Part shown: positions 12,661 to 25,091 of the stretch, one piece after another
Layout: every line of letters starts with the position of its first letter
Numbering within the stretch: the first letter of the stretch is position 1
DNA from: Hydrolagus colliei
Taxonomy: Eukaryota
Assembly (NCBI GenBank): GCA_035084275.1
Contig: CM068757.1
Location: 9,672,001-9,736,000 of the forward strand
Length of the DNA: 64,000 nucleotides
Direction: 5' to 3'
The notes under the pieces: model-generated
The model's database searches: none
The model's input: only the letters and a program-made list of their open reading frames with translations
What the model was told of the DNA's origin: nothing
Made by a program: the position numbers and the translations under genes

Positions 12661-13989
12661 TACATTCTGTGAAGAGCTTTGAGATGTCTAGAAGACATGA
12701 GAAGCACTGTATCAAATGCATTATTATTATAAGTCACGTCACAGGCAGATGTTCAATGGGGATTTATTATTTTATACATGGTGGTAAATAATCTGGTGAT
12801 TTCTAGGAAATATTTAATATTAAAACACGATATCTTACACCATTATATATGCATAACTATGGGTGTCAGCTCTGAGCATGTTATCCTGTTGTCCCTTGTC
12901 CAGAAGGTTGTGGGTTCACATCATATCAGGACCTGAACTTCCAGTCTAGTGCAGAGACTTGTAATAAGGAAATGAGTGGATCATATCTTATAAGGAATTT
13001 AATTGTTGATGGTTTCAATTTCAAATGACAGTTTCCTTTATTGTAGACTTTCTCAAGTCAATGGATATACTAGTACTAGGCAGTATAGTATCTAGATAAA
13101 GTAGTGCCTAACTCAGGAGAAGCAACCGTGATCAGTTACCCATCGCTTGGGAGAACTCAGGCATTCTCTTACTTATCAGTTTATTTTCCTCGTCTCCCTC
13201 TCTCTCCCTCTCTCTCTCTCCCACGTTAGCAGTCCATACTTATATGCAGCCTGTTTCAGGAATGTCTCATCGTTAACTCCAAACGTTCCAAGTTTGTTCC
13301 CAGGTGCAAGGTACATAACTGAAATTATAAACACCCGTACATTAAGTTTGCTCATCTTGCTCATTATGCACTTGATGTACCAAGAAACAATATCTGTGAG
13401 ATCAGTCAGCTTTTTAAGATTGGGGATTTGAACAAAATCAACAGTATCTGTGAGTTGAATTAGCTCGTGTCTCCTGAAAGTTGTTTTCTCACACTCAATT
13501 TTCAGTTATTCTTTACCCAAGATTACGCCTTGTACGAGAATCAAACCTGACTTGAGACACAAGTGCTCTAACCACTGCCCTACAGGACTAAAACAATCTT
13601 GAATTTTGGTGTAGATCCATATCATGTCTAGAGGACTATCTCAAAGTGCCTCACAAGATTCAAAGTGAAATGGAGTAACTGTATCAGTAGACAAATGTGG
13701 CTTCACGATAGCACACAGCAATGTCTCACAAACAGTGATGGAGTGAGTGATCAATTGTATTTGGGTATTTGATGGCCAAAACACCAGAAGAACTTTGTTC
13801 GCTTTTTGAGTAATGCCACATGTGCTTTAATGTCCACCGGAAGAGGCAGGTGGTACTTCGGATTAACATCCATTCGTGGGATGTATCTGTGCAGCTGGGA
13901 AGGAACAGCCTTAATATTGTCAACACATTGTGTAGAGGATATAAAGACTTCAAGTAACATATTACAGTGTGAACGTTTTACAGGATGAT

Positions 13990-14200
13990 GATGCAGTTGT
14001 GTCTGGGGGCAGCTCTGTTGCAGGTTGATGGGGAGGGGATGGGGTTCTGTGGTCAGGGTGTAGAAATATCACTGTAGAAATATCGAGGTGAAGAATGGCT
14101 TTATTCACAGCTTCACACTCACATGGTCAAAGGAGGTTTATTATATTGTACACAGTAAATAATTGGTGATTTCTGACAAGAATGTAATATTATAATATTA
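13990..14200 (+). pseudogene. Exon-deleted D7-type unit in copy A
   Basis: The pre-exon flank (gcaggttgatggg..ctgtggtcagggt) joins at about 14059 to the post-exon flank (cactgtagaaatat..gaggtgaagaatggc) with no exon between. Confidence 0.7.
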
Positions 14201-15201
14201 AAACCATTATATATGCATGTACTGTATATGGATGTGAGCTCAGAGCATGTAGCATCTCTTGTCAGAAGGTTGTGGGATCGCATCACATCAGGACCTGAAC
14301 TTACAGTCTTGCATGACACTGTGCAGTGTGTGCTGGGGGAGGCCTGTAATCCTGGAGGTGCCATCTTTTGGTTGAGGTGTTGAACCGCTGTCCCGTCTGC
14401 CTGTTCAGCTAAACGTTAAAATTCCTACAGCACGATCAAAAAGAGAAGGGAGTTTCTCCCATTGTCTTGGCCTCTATATATATCTCTCCGGCTGTGTGTG
14501 CGAATCTCTCTCTTTGTGTCTCTCTATCGCTATATCTCTCATTATCTCGCTCATTCCCACTTTCTTCTTTTCTCTCGTATTTATTTAGGGAAAAATTTAG
14601 AACTTTATTATTCATTTGAATAATGAAATTATTAAATTATTCATTTGTTGAAAGGCCAGTGTTCACCCTGTCTGAGGGCAGCTATTGTATGTTACTGGAG
14701 GCTCAGACAGGCTGTGTGCTAATGATATAGTTTAACATCACTCTGCACCTCCAGCCTGGTGCCTTCTGCCATGACATGCAGGCTTTTCACTTGTTTCTGT
14801 GGATTTTGTTTCTAGTTTGAGTCTGACACAGACATAGACTAGAAATGTGGTTGTCTATAGCACACAGGTGTTTCCCACAAATATTCCCGGATTGAGTGAC
14901 CAGATTATTATATTTGTTTAGCTATTATGTGCTGCAGAGAGTGATTGGCCAATCCATGAACCATCTAACATCTGCTTACTGCTGGGTAAACAGAAGCATG
15001 TGGAATAATGAAATTTTTGCCCTCGTTAAGTGAAAATTTCATTAGGCGGGAGGGAGGTCCCTACTGTGTTTCTGTGCATGAAGATAATCAGTTTCATTCC
15101 CAGTAATGCCTTGCTCGTAGCCTAGCGCCTAGCGCTACTAATTGCGGTGTACCAACGACGCATAAGGCAGGTAGAACTGCTATTGGAGAGAGACTGGGAG
15201 T

Positions 15202-16945
15202 TAGGGAATGGCGATATGGGATTTTTGCGGATATGGATATATCGGTTTGCTCATACCTGCTTAAACCGATCTATCGAGTTTTTGTACTGCGCATGCGCGT
15301 GCATTCGAAGTGCGCGTGCATTGATGGCGCGCGCGCATTTATGGTGCGCGCTCAGTCGCGGTGCGCGCGCATTGACGGTGCGTCCGCACTGACGATGCGC
15401 GCACAGTCGCGGTGCACGCACATTTCGAAATGCGTGCTCTAGGTCCAGAAAGTTTGTAATGTTGTTGTCAAGGTCTGTTGATTTATACGATGTTGTTTGC
15501 TCCCTACCTCCCCCTCTCCTTCTCTCCCTCCTCTCCTCTCTCCTTCNNNNNNNNNNNNNNNNNNNNNNNNNNNNNNNNNNNNNNNNNNNNNNNNNNNNNN
15601 NNNNNNNNNNNNNNNNNNNNNNNNNNNNNNNNNNNNNNNNNNNNNNNNNNNNNNNNNNNNNNNNNNNNNNNNNNNNNNNNNNNNNNNNNNNNNNNNNNNN
15701 NNNNNNNNNNNNNNNNNNNNNNNNNNNNNNNNNNNNNNNNNNNNNNNNNNNNNNNNNNNNNNNNNNNNNNNNTCCCCTCGCTCCTTCTCTCCCTCCTTTC
15801 CCCCTCTCCTTCTCTCCCTCCCTCTCCTCTCTTCCTCTCTCCTTCTCTCCCAACTTTCCCCCTCTCCTTATCTCCCTCCACCTCTAAACACAAAATAGAA
15901 CACACACACACCAAAAACAAAATCTAGAGATTTATTCTCCTCCATTTCTTGCTTGAAACTAGCATGTAATGTCCACGTGTAAATGAGATCTATTACAATA
16001 GAAAAGAGAGAGACAGACAGTCTGACTGTTAGTTAGAAGCCAGATTATCACTGCTGTGTGTGTCTGACTAGACCCACACATAGAAACAGTGATAATCTGG
16101 CTTCTAACTCTCTCCCACACAAAAATAACACTTACAGCCACAAAATGCCACTTATTTTTATGTAGTCTGAAGTCTGAATTAATGTCCTTCGCCATTGGCA
16201 AGCTCTCCTTTGCTATGCAAAAAGTGACAGCGTTCGTGATACTTTGCCACTTTTTGTCCCCTCTCTGGTACAATGTTCTCTCCTCTTAAATAAAGCAGGA
16301 ATTGTTTGAGCTGCACTGGCCCCACTACCTGTCGCTTTCTCCGAAGCGCTGGTTCGACTTCCTGCTGTTGTCGACAATGATTTCGCTCTGAGGGCAGCGT
16401 GCTGGGCGGGGTGGTGCTGCTTAATGTGTTGTCGCAGGTTGCTCGTGCTCGAATCAGATGTCTTAACCAAGACCTTGCAAACTGTACATCTATACACACC
16501 ATTACTGACTGCATTGTTTTCAAAGTAGTCCCATACGGGGCTTCTTTTCCCCATGATGAGAAAGGTAAATTTTCAAACTACAATTTTCAGCGATGCCACT
16601 TTGTTAACACGCCACGACTCACGTCGAGTATACACGGTAAAGTGTGCGCGCGCATCGGATGAGCGTGCCCGTTAATTGTGCGCGCGCACCGAATGTACGC
16701 GCATTCCATGCTCTAGATCTAGGAGGTTGCAATGCTGGCGACAAGGTAAGCTGGAAAAGATCGCATTACACTGATAATACCAACAATATTGATATATTGC
16801 CAGGAACGATATTAAAAATATATCGATGTATATTTTTAAAATCGAATCTCTCGATATAACAGTTTTTTTAGAATCACCATATCGGCATACCGATCTGAAA
16901 ATCATATCGGGTTTAATCGAAAAACCGATTAATCGCCGTTCCCTA
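15202..16945 (-). mobile_element. Internally deleted hAT DNA transposon with a BED-finger transposase remnant (contains an N gap)
   Basis: TIRs TAGGGAATGGCGAT / ATCGCCGTTCCCTA. 8-bp TSD ctgggagt/ctgtgagt; the empty site ctgtgagt is seen in three paralogous units. ORF 16554-16213 has SPVWDYF..CTVC..STSNLRQHIKQHH, with a frameshifted ITNAVTFCIAK. Confidence 0.88.
15547..15772. other. Assembly gap (others at 20617-20760 and 58291-58493)
   Basis: Runs of N inside CT/GA microsatellites. Confidence 0.99.
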
Positions 16946-17979
16946 CTGTGAGTGAGATTGTGACAGTGAGAAACTCAGAGAGAGAGAGAGAAAGAGACAC
17001 AGAGAGAGAGACTGGGTCAGAGATAGAAATAGAGAGAGAGAGATCGCGACCGAGACAGACAGAGAGAGAGAAAGAGACACAGAGAGAGAAATAGAGAGAG
17101 AGAGACACACAGAGGGAGACTGAGACAGAGAGAGAGAGAGATGGAGAAAGAGAGAGACAGGGAGAGGGAGAAACAGACAGACAGAGAGAGAGAATGTAGC
17201 TTGTATCGCTTTTGGAAATGATCAAGCCGCCCGCTGCTAGCAGTAAAAGTCTCCGCTGGCTTTTTCACAGTAGCGTCATATAGTTGCCTAGCATCCTGCT
17301 GCTTAACCTCCTCTCATACTGCACTGCTTTCTCTTGGATTAGGTGGCATGCTGAACTAAGTGTGTGTATGTATGTAGCTTCCTCGACTGAGACTGCGCTT
17401 GTGTTGCGGAGGCTGCCGGGAGACGAGAAGCGCGCAAAATTTAAACTTTCTTTATAGCGAGCACAGCCTTCACTAAGCGCATGGGGGGGTACAAATAGAA
17501 ACCATCTTTATAGTGAAGTTTCATTAACAGGGCGTGTGTTAAGCGGGGGCTGCCTGAAGTGACACAGGATTCCTTAACATCCACCTGTGGAGGCAGATAG
17601 GACTTTGGTTTAAAATCTCATCTGTGGGACGTGTCTGTCGTGGGAAGGAACAACCTCAATACTGTCAGCACATCGTGCATGTATTGTAAAGACTAGTGTA
17701 AAGAGTAACAGTGTGAATATTTTACAGGATGTGTAGTTGTGCCTGGGGGCAGCTCTGTTGCAGGTTGATGGGGACGTGATGGGCTCTGTGGTCAGGGTCC
17801 AGCTTAACACCAGCCTGCAACATCGTCTGCTGTCCTCAGCAATAGTGTGCAGCTCTGGATGTCTGAAGCTTTGCTGCAGATTTAGATTGTAAATTGTGTG
17901 TGAAGCAATGTGTGAGGCAGTGTCGTGTGTCCTGTAGCTGGAATATAATCTTGACATGCTGCTTGTGATTGTTTTGTAG

Positions 17980-18396
17980 ACCCTCCCACAATTACTGAAG
18001 TCAATATACCCTCTGATATTAAACACGGAGCCCAAACCACTCTGAGCTGGTCAGTGACTGGGTTCAATCCACGGCCCATTGTAATTGGTGTATTCCTGAA
18101 AGAATGGGAGCAGAACGCACAGCTGCTGTTTTGTTGGCAAACAACAGAGAAAACACAAGCAGAAAGAAAGAAGTCAGTGAAGATTCCAGGAAGCTCTGAC
18201 AGAAACAATGTCGCCATCACTTCGAAGGAGGCAACGATTGAACGGGAGGCAACTGGGAATTTCAGGGTGAAGTGCAGCGTTACCATGGTTGCTGATATAT
18301 TCAGGGACAATGGTGCCGAGTTCATTATTCAAGTTGAACATCAGGCTATTCTTGGGAAACCTCTCACCAAATCTGTACCACTACACGTTAAAGGGG
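17980..18396 (+). CDS. Copy A post-TM Ig C1-like domain D7a
   Basis: ttttgtag| to GGGG|gtaagt, 417 bp. DPPTITEVNIP..LSWSVTGFNP..GAEFIIQVEH. Confidence 0.8.
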
Positions 18397-19053
18397 GTAA
18401 GTGCTGCCTCTGTCTGGTCTCCTCTCTCTCCCTCACACATCACTGTAGAAATACTGAGGTGAAGAGTGGCTTTATTCACGGCTCCACACTCACATGGTCA
18501 AAGGGGATTTATTATATTTTACGCAGTAAATTATTGGTGATTTCTGACAAATATGTAATATTATAATATAATATTGAAACCATTGTATAGTCATAAATAT
18601 GGGTATGAGCTCAGTGCATGTAGCATCTCTTGTCAGAAGGTTGTGGGATCGCATCACATCAGGACCTGAACTTACAGTCTGGCATGACACTGTGCAGTGT
18701 GTGCTGGGGGAGGCCTGTAATCCTGGAGGTGCCGTCTTTTGGTTGAGGTGTTGAACCGCTGTCCCGTCTGCCTGTTCCGCTAAACGTTAAAATTCCTACA
18801 GCACGATCAAAAAGAGAAGGGAGTTTCTCCCTTTGTCTTGGCCTCTCCGGCTGTGTGTGTGTCTCTCTTTATGTCTCTCTCTTGCTATCTCTCTCGTTCG
18901 GTCTCTCATTCCCAATTCCTATCGACCTTTCTCTTGTATTTATTTCGGATATAATGTAGAACGTTAAGTTATTTATTTGTCAGTGTGCAATTTGTCTGGG
19001 GGCAGCGTTTGCAGGTTACTGGAGGCTCAGACAGGCTGTGTGCAAATGATGTA

Positions 19054-19729
19054 CCGTATATCTCCGCGTATAAGGCGCACCCGCGTATAAGGCGCACCCC
19101 CCGTTTTTGACCTTTTCTTGGTGAAAAAAAACGGAAGCATTTTCAATGATATTGCCGGCAGAAGGGAGGAGAGACAGGTAGGTAGGGAGAGACGCAGGCA
19201 GGCAGGGAGGGAGGGAGGGAGGGAGAACGGCAGGCTAGCAGCCCGGGAGAGAGAGAGTGAGAGCGGCAGGCCGGCAGCCCGGGAGAGAGAGACGGAGAGC
19301 GGCAGGCAGGCAGGGAGAGAGAGAGTGAGAGAGGCAGGCCGGCAGCCCGGGAGAGAGAGAGGGAGAACGGCAGGTCGGCAGCCCGGGAGAGAGAGACGGA
19401 GAGCGGCAGGCAGGCACGCAGGCAGGGAGGGAGGGAGAGAGAGTGGCAGGGATGGAGAGAGGCAGACTGGGTTCGGCAGAAGGTAAGCACAGCACTGAAG
19501 TCCGCTGCTGCTGCCGCTGCCCGGGCGGCCGAGGCCGAAGCCCCGTCACCCGCTCCTCCCAACCCCCGCCGGACACTGACCAAACCCCGGCTGACAGCGC
19601 GCCGGCCGCCCCTCCTGTTTACTGTATCTCCGAGGCTCAAAATTGCTTGTACCTGTGTATAGGGCGCACCCCCAACTTTCGAGATCTTCCGACCTGAAAA
19701 AAGTGCGCCTTATACGCGGAGATATACGA
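19054..19729. mobile_element. Second copy of the Tc2/pogo-like MITE, opposite orientation
   Basis: Same TIRs and TA TSD; interior is the reverse complement of 12018-12660. Empty site at about 57126. Confidence 0.85.
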
Positions 19730-20192
19730 TAGTTTAACATCACTCTACACCTCCAGCCTGGTGCCCTCTGCCATGATGTGCAGGCTTTTCACTTGTTTCT
19801 GTGGATTTTGTTTCTACTTTGTGTCTGACACAGACATAGACTAGAAATGTGGCTGTCTACAGCACACAGGTGTATCCCACAAATATTCTCGGATTGAGTG
19901 ACCAGATTATTTGTTGAGCTATTATGTCCTGCAGAGAGTGATTGGCCAATCCACGAACCATCTAACATCTGCTTACTGCTGGGTAAACAGAAGCATGTGG
20001 AATAATGAATTTTTTGCCCTGTAGAGGAATCTAACCTGAGGTTGGATTGAGAGGCGAGTGTTCTAACCAATATGCTACAGGACTCCAATGATAATCCTTG
20101 CATTGTGGTACAGCTCCTTATGATGTCTTCATTAGATTCACTGTGAAATGGAGTAACTGTGTATTTGTAGGCAAATATGGCAGTACAAATGG

Positions 20193-20290
20193 TAATGTCA
20201 CACAAGCAGCCATGCTGATAATGTCTCACAAGCAGCCATGCTGATAATGTCTCACAAGCAGCCATGGTGATAATGTCTCACAAGCAGTGG
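20193..20290 (+). repeat. 26-bp minisatellite (taatgtctcacaagcagccatgctga)
   Basis: About 4 copies here, about 3 at 23353-23422, about 2 at 57590-57635. Confidence 0.8.
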
Positions 20291-20375
20291 TCAATTGTAT
20301 TTGTGGTGGGGGGGATGGGAGCGGGGGTGGATTGATGGCCAGGACACGGGGAGATCTCCCTTCTCTTTTCGAATA

Positions 20376-21345
20376 CAGGTAGTCCCCGCTTAACGAAGGG
20401 GTTGGGGACTTCGAAACTCCTCGTTAAGCGAAAAGTTTGTTACGCGGGAGGGAGGTCCCTACTGTATTTCCGTACATGAAGAAATTCAGTTTTGTTCCCA
20501 GTAATGCCTTGCGCGTAGCCTAGCGCTACTAATTGTGGTGTACCAACGATGCCATAAGGTAGGTAGAACTGCTATTGAAGGCTGCTATTGAAGAGAGAGA
20601 CTGTGAGTGAGATTGTNNNNNNNNNNNNNNNNNNNNNNNNNNNNNNNNNNNNNNNNNNNNNNNNNNNNNNNNNNNNNNNNNNNNNNNNNNNNNNNNNNNN
20701 NNNNNNNNNNNNNNNNNNNNNNNNNNNNNNNNNNNNNNNNNNNNNNNNNNNNNNNNNNNNGACAGAGAGAGAAATAGAGAGAGAGAGCGCGACCGAGACA
20801 GAAAGAAAGAGATACAGAGAGAGAGACTGGGACAGAGAGAGAAATAGAGAGAGAGAGCGACCGAGACAGACAGAGAGAGAGAAAGAGACACAGAGAGAGA
20901 AAGAGACACAGAGGCAGATTGAGACACAGAGAGAGAGAGACTGAGAAAGAGAGAGGGAGAAACAGACAGACAGAGAGAGAGAATGTACCTTGTATCGCTT
21001 TTGGAAACGATCAAGCCGCCCGCTGCTAGCAGCAAAAGTCTCCGCTGGCTTTTTCACAGTAGCGTCATATAGTTGCCTAGCATCCTGCTGCTTAACCTCC
21101 TCCCATACTACACTGCTTTCTCTTGGATTAGGTGGCATGCTGAACTAAGTGTGTGTATGTATGTAGCTTCCTCGACTGAGACTGCGCTTGTGTTGCGGAG
21201 GCTGCCGGGAGACGAGAAGCGCGCAAAATTTAAACTTTCTTTATAGCGAGCGCAGCCTTCGCTAAGCGCATGGGGGGGTACAAATAGAAACCATCTTTAT
21301 AGTGAAGCTTCATTAACAGGGCGTGTGTTAAGCGGGGGCTGCCTG
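20376..21345 (-). mobile_element. Tigger-like non-autonomous element (contains an N gap)
   Basis: TA-flanked TIRs CAGGTAGTCCCCGCTTAAC / GTTAAGCGGGGGCTGCCTG; QLYD..FAASSGRLDRFQKRY remnant; GA-rich interior. Confidence 0.8.
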
Positions 21346-21768
21346 TAGTGACACAGGATTCCTTAACATCCACCTGTGGAGGCAGATAGGACTTTGGTTT
21401 AAAATCTCATCTGTGGGTCGTGTCTGTCATGGGAAGGAACAGCCTCAATACTGTCAGCACATCGTGCATGTATTGTAAACACTAGTGTAAAGAGTAACAG
21501 TGTGAATATTTTACAGGATGTGTAGTTGTGCCTGGGGGCAGCTCTGTTGCAGGTTGATGGGGACGTGATGGGCTCTGTGGTCAGGGTCCAGCTTAACACC
21601 AGCCTGCAACATCGTCTGCTGTCCTCAGCAATAGTGTGCAGCTCTGGATGTCTGAAGCTTTGCTGCAGATTTAGATTGTAAATTGTGTGTGAAGCAATGT
21701 GTGAGGCAGTGTCGTGTGTCCTGTAGCTGGAATATAATCTTGACATGCTGCTTGTGATTGTTTTATAG

Positions 21769-22185
21769 ACTCTCCCACAATTACTGAAGTCAATATAACC
21801 TCTGATATTAAACACGGAGCCCAAACCACTCTGAGCTGGTCAGTGACTGGGTTCAATCCACGGTCCATTGGAATTGCTGTATTGCTGAAGAGAGAACGGG
21901 AGCAGAACGCACGGCAGCTGTTTTGTTGGCAGACAACAGAGAAAACACAAGCAGAAAGAAAGAAGTCAGTGAAGATTCCTGTTACCTCTCACGTTAACGA
22001 TGTCGCCATCACTTTGAAGGAGGCAACGATTGAACGGGAGGCAACTGGGAATTTCAGTGTGAAGTGCAGTGTTACCATGGTTGCTGATATATTAAAGTAC
22101 AATGGCGCCAAGTTCATTATTCAAGTTGAACATCAGACTCTTGGGAAACCTCTCATCAAATCTGTACCACCACATGTTAAAGGGG
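21769..22185 (+). CDS. Copy A post-TM Ig C1-like domain D7b
   Basis: ttttatag| to GGGG|gtaagt, 417 bp, open. Tandem copy of D7a. Confidence 0.8.
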
Positions 22186-23510
22186 GTAAGTGCTGCCTCT
22201 GTCTGGTCTCCTCTCTCCCCCTCACACATCACTGTAGAAATATTGAGGTGAAGAGTGGCTTTATTCACGGCTCCACACTCACATGGTCAAAGGGGATTTA
22301 TTATATTTTACGCAGTAAATAATTGGTGATTTCTGACAAATATGTAATATTATAATATAATATTGAAACCATTGTATAGGCATAAATATTGGTATGAGCT
22401 CAGAGCATGTAGCATCTCTTGTCAGAAGGTTGTGGGATCGCATCACATCAGGACCTGAACTTACAGTCTGGCATGACACTGTGCAGTGTGTGCTGGGGGA
22501 GGCCTGTAATCCTGGAGGTGCCGTCTTTTGGTTGAGGTGTTGAACCGTTGTCCCGTCTGCCTGTTCAGCTAAACGTTAAAATTCCCACAGAATGATCAAA
22601 AAGAGATGGGAGTTTCTCCCATTTTCTTGGCCTCTATATACATATCTCTCCGGCTGTGTGTGCGAATCTCTCTCTTTATGTCTCTCTATCGCTATATCTC
22701 TCATTGTCTCGCTCATTCCCACTTTCTCTCTTCTTTCCTCTTGTATTTATTTGGGGAAAAATTTAGAACTTTATTATTCATTTGAATAATTAAATTATTA
22801 AATTATTAATTTGTTGAAAGGCCAGTGTTCACCCTGTCTGAGGGCAGTTATTGTATGTTACTGGAGGCTCAGACAGGCTGTGTGCTAATGATATAGTTTA
22901 ACATCACTCCAGCCTGGTGCCCTCTGCCATGACATGCAGGCTTTTCACTTGTTTCTGTGGATTTTGTTTCTAGTTTGTTTCTGACACAGACATAGACTAG
23001 AAATGTGGCTGTCTATAGCACACAGGTGTATCCCACAAATATTCCCGGATTGAGTGACCAGATTATTATATTTGTTGAGCTATTATGTCCTGCAGAGAGT
23101 GATTGGCCAATCCACGAACCATCTAACATCTGCTTACTGCTGGGTAAACAGAAGCATGTGGAATAATGAAATTTTTGCCCTGTAGAAGAATCTACCCTGA
23201 GGTTAGATTGAGAGGCGAGTGCTCTAACCAATATGCTACAGGACTCCAATGATAATCCTTGCATTGTGGTACAGCTCCTTATGATTTCTTCATTAGATTC
23301 ACTGTGAAATGGAGTAACTGTGTATTTGTAGGCAAATATGGCAGTACAATTGATAATGTCTCACAAGCAGCCATGCTGATAATGTCTCACAAGCAGTCAT
23401 GCTGATAATGTCTCACAAGCAGTGGTCAATTGTAATTGTGGTGGGGGGGATGGGAGGGGGGGTGGATTGAGGGCCAGGACACGGGGAGATCTCCCTTCTC
23501 TTTTCGAATA

Positions 23511-23923
23511 CAGGTAGTGCCCACTTAACGAAGGGGTTGGGGACTTTGAAACTCCTCGTTAAGCGAAAATTTCATTAGGCGGGAGGGAGTTCGCTACTGT
23601 GTTTCTGTACATGAAGAAAATCAGTTTCGTTCCCAGTAATGTCTTGCGCGTAGCCTAGCGCCCAGCGCTACTAATTGCGGTGTACCAACGACGCCATAAG
23701 GTAGGTAGAACTGCTATTGAAGGCTGCTATTGAAGAGAGAGACTGTGAGTGAGATTGTGACAGTGAGAGACTCAGAGAGAGAGAAAGAGAGAGAGAGAAA
23801 GAGACACAGAGAGAGAGACTGGGACGGAGAGAGAAATAGAGAGGGAGAGAGAGAGAGAGAGCGACCGAGACAGACAGAGGGAGAGAAAGAGATACAGAGA
23901 GAGAGACTGGGTCAGAGAGAGAA

Positions 23924-23961
<38 letters not shown>

Positions 23962-24668
23962 AAACAAACAGAGAGAAGGAGATACAAAGAGAGAGACTGG
24001 GACAGAGAGAGAAATAGAGAGAGACAGACAGCGCAACCGAGACAGACAGCGAGAAAGAGATACAGAGAGAGAGAGAGAGAGAGAGAGAGCGTGATCGAGA
24101 CAGACGGAGAGACAGTAAGAGACCAGGGAGAGAGACTGGGACAGAGAGAGAAATAGAGAGAGAGAGAGCGCATGACCGAGACAAACAGAGAGAGAGAAAG
24201 CGACACAGAGAGAGAAAGAGACTCAGAGGGAGACTGAGACAGAGAGAGAGAGACTGAGAAAGAGAGAGACAGAGAGAGGGAGAAACAGACAGACAGAGAG
24301 AGAGAATGTACCTTGTGTCGCTTTTGGAAACGATCAAGTCGCCCGCTGCTAGCAGTAAAAGTCTCCGCTGGCGTTTTCACAGTAGCGTCATATAGTTGCC
24401 TAGCATCCTGCCGCTTTACCTCCTCTCATACTGCACTGCTTTCTCTTGGATTAGGTGGCATGCTGAACTAAGTGTGTGTATGTATGTAGCTTCCTCGACT
24501 GAGACTGCGCTTGTGTTGCGGAGGCTGCCGGGAGACGAGAAGCGCGTGCAATTTAAACTTTCTTTATAGCGAGCGCAGCCTTCGCTAAGCGCATGGGGGG
24601 GTACAAATAGAAACCATCTTTATAGTGAAGTTTCATTAACAGGGCGTGTGTTAAGCGGGGGCTGCCTG
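23511..24668 (-). mobile_element. Tigger-like element, duplicated with the D7 unit
   Basis: Same flanks and TIRs as 20376-21345, with a longer GA microsatellite. Confidence 0.8.
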
Positions 24669-25091
24669 TAGTGACACAGGATTCCTTAACATCCACCTGT
24701 GGAGGCAGATAGGACTTTGGTTTAAAATCTCATCTGTGGGACGTGTCTGTCGTGGGAAGGAACAGCCTCAATACTGTCAGCACATCGTGCATGTATTGTA
24801 AAGACTAGTGTAAAGAGTAACAGTGTGAATATTTTACAGGATGTGTAGTTGTGCCTGGGGGCAGCTCTGTTGCAGGTTGATGGGGACGTGATGGGCTCTG
24901 TGGTCAGGGTCCAGCTTAACACCAGCCTGCAACATCGTCTGCTGTCCTCAGCAATAGTGTGCAGCTCTGGATGTCTGAAGCTTTGCTGCAGATTTAGATT
25001 GTAAATTGTGTGTGAAGCAATGTGTGAGGCAGTGTCGTGTGTCCTGTAGCTGGAATATAATCTTGACATGCTGCTTGTGATTGTTTTATAG

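Larger units (their letters stand above)
15021..17556 (-). mobile_element. Tigger-like element, left end deleted, interrupted by the hAT
   Basis: Right TIR gttaagcgggggctgcctg; CENP-B HTH remnant ETFTASSGRLDHFQKRY. Confidence 0.7.

Noticed and set aside
12051-12791. Long ORFs in both strands (also 19118-19697, 20529-21138, 23671-24380, 57876-58532, 15251-15927)
   Set aside because: They arise from GC-rich MITE interiors and CT/GA microsatellites or N gaps; low-complexity translations.
17610-18035. Repeated 141-aa antisense ORF (also 21399, 24722, 59007)
   Set aside because: Its recurrence is explained by the recent unit duplication; there are no recognisable motifs, and it is truncated in copy B.
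20193-20290. CRISPR-like array
   Set aside because: Head-to-tail minisatellite without unique spacers, in a vertebrate intron.
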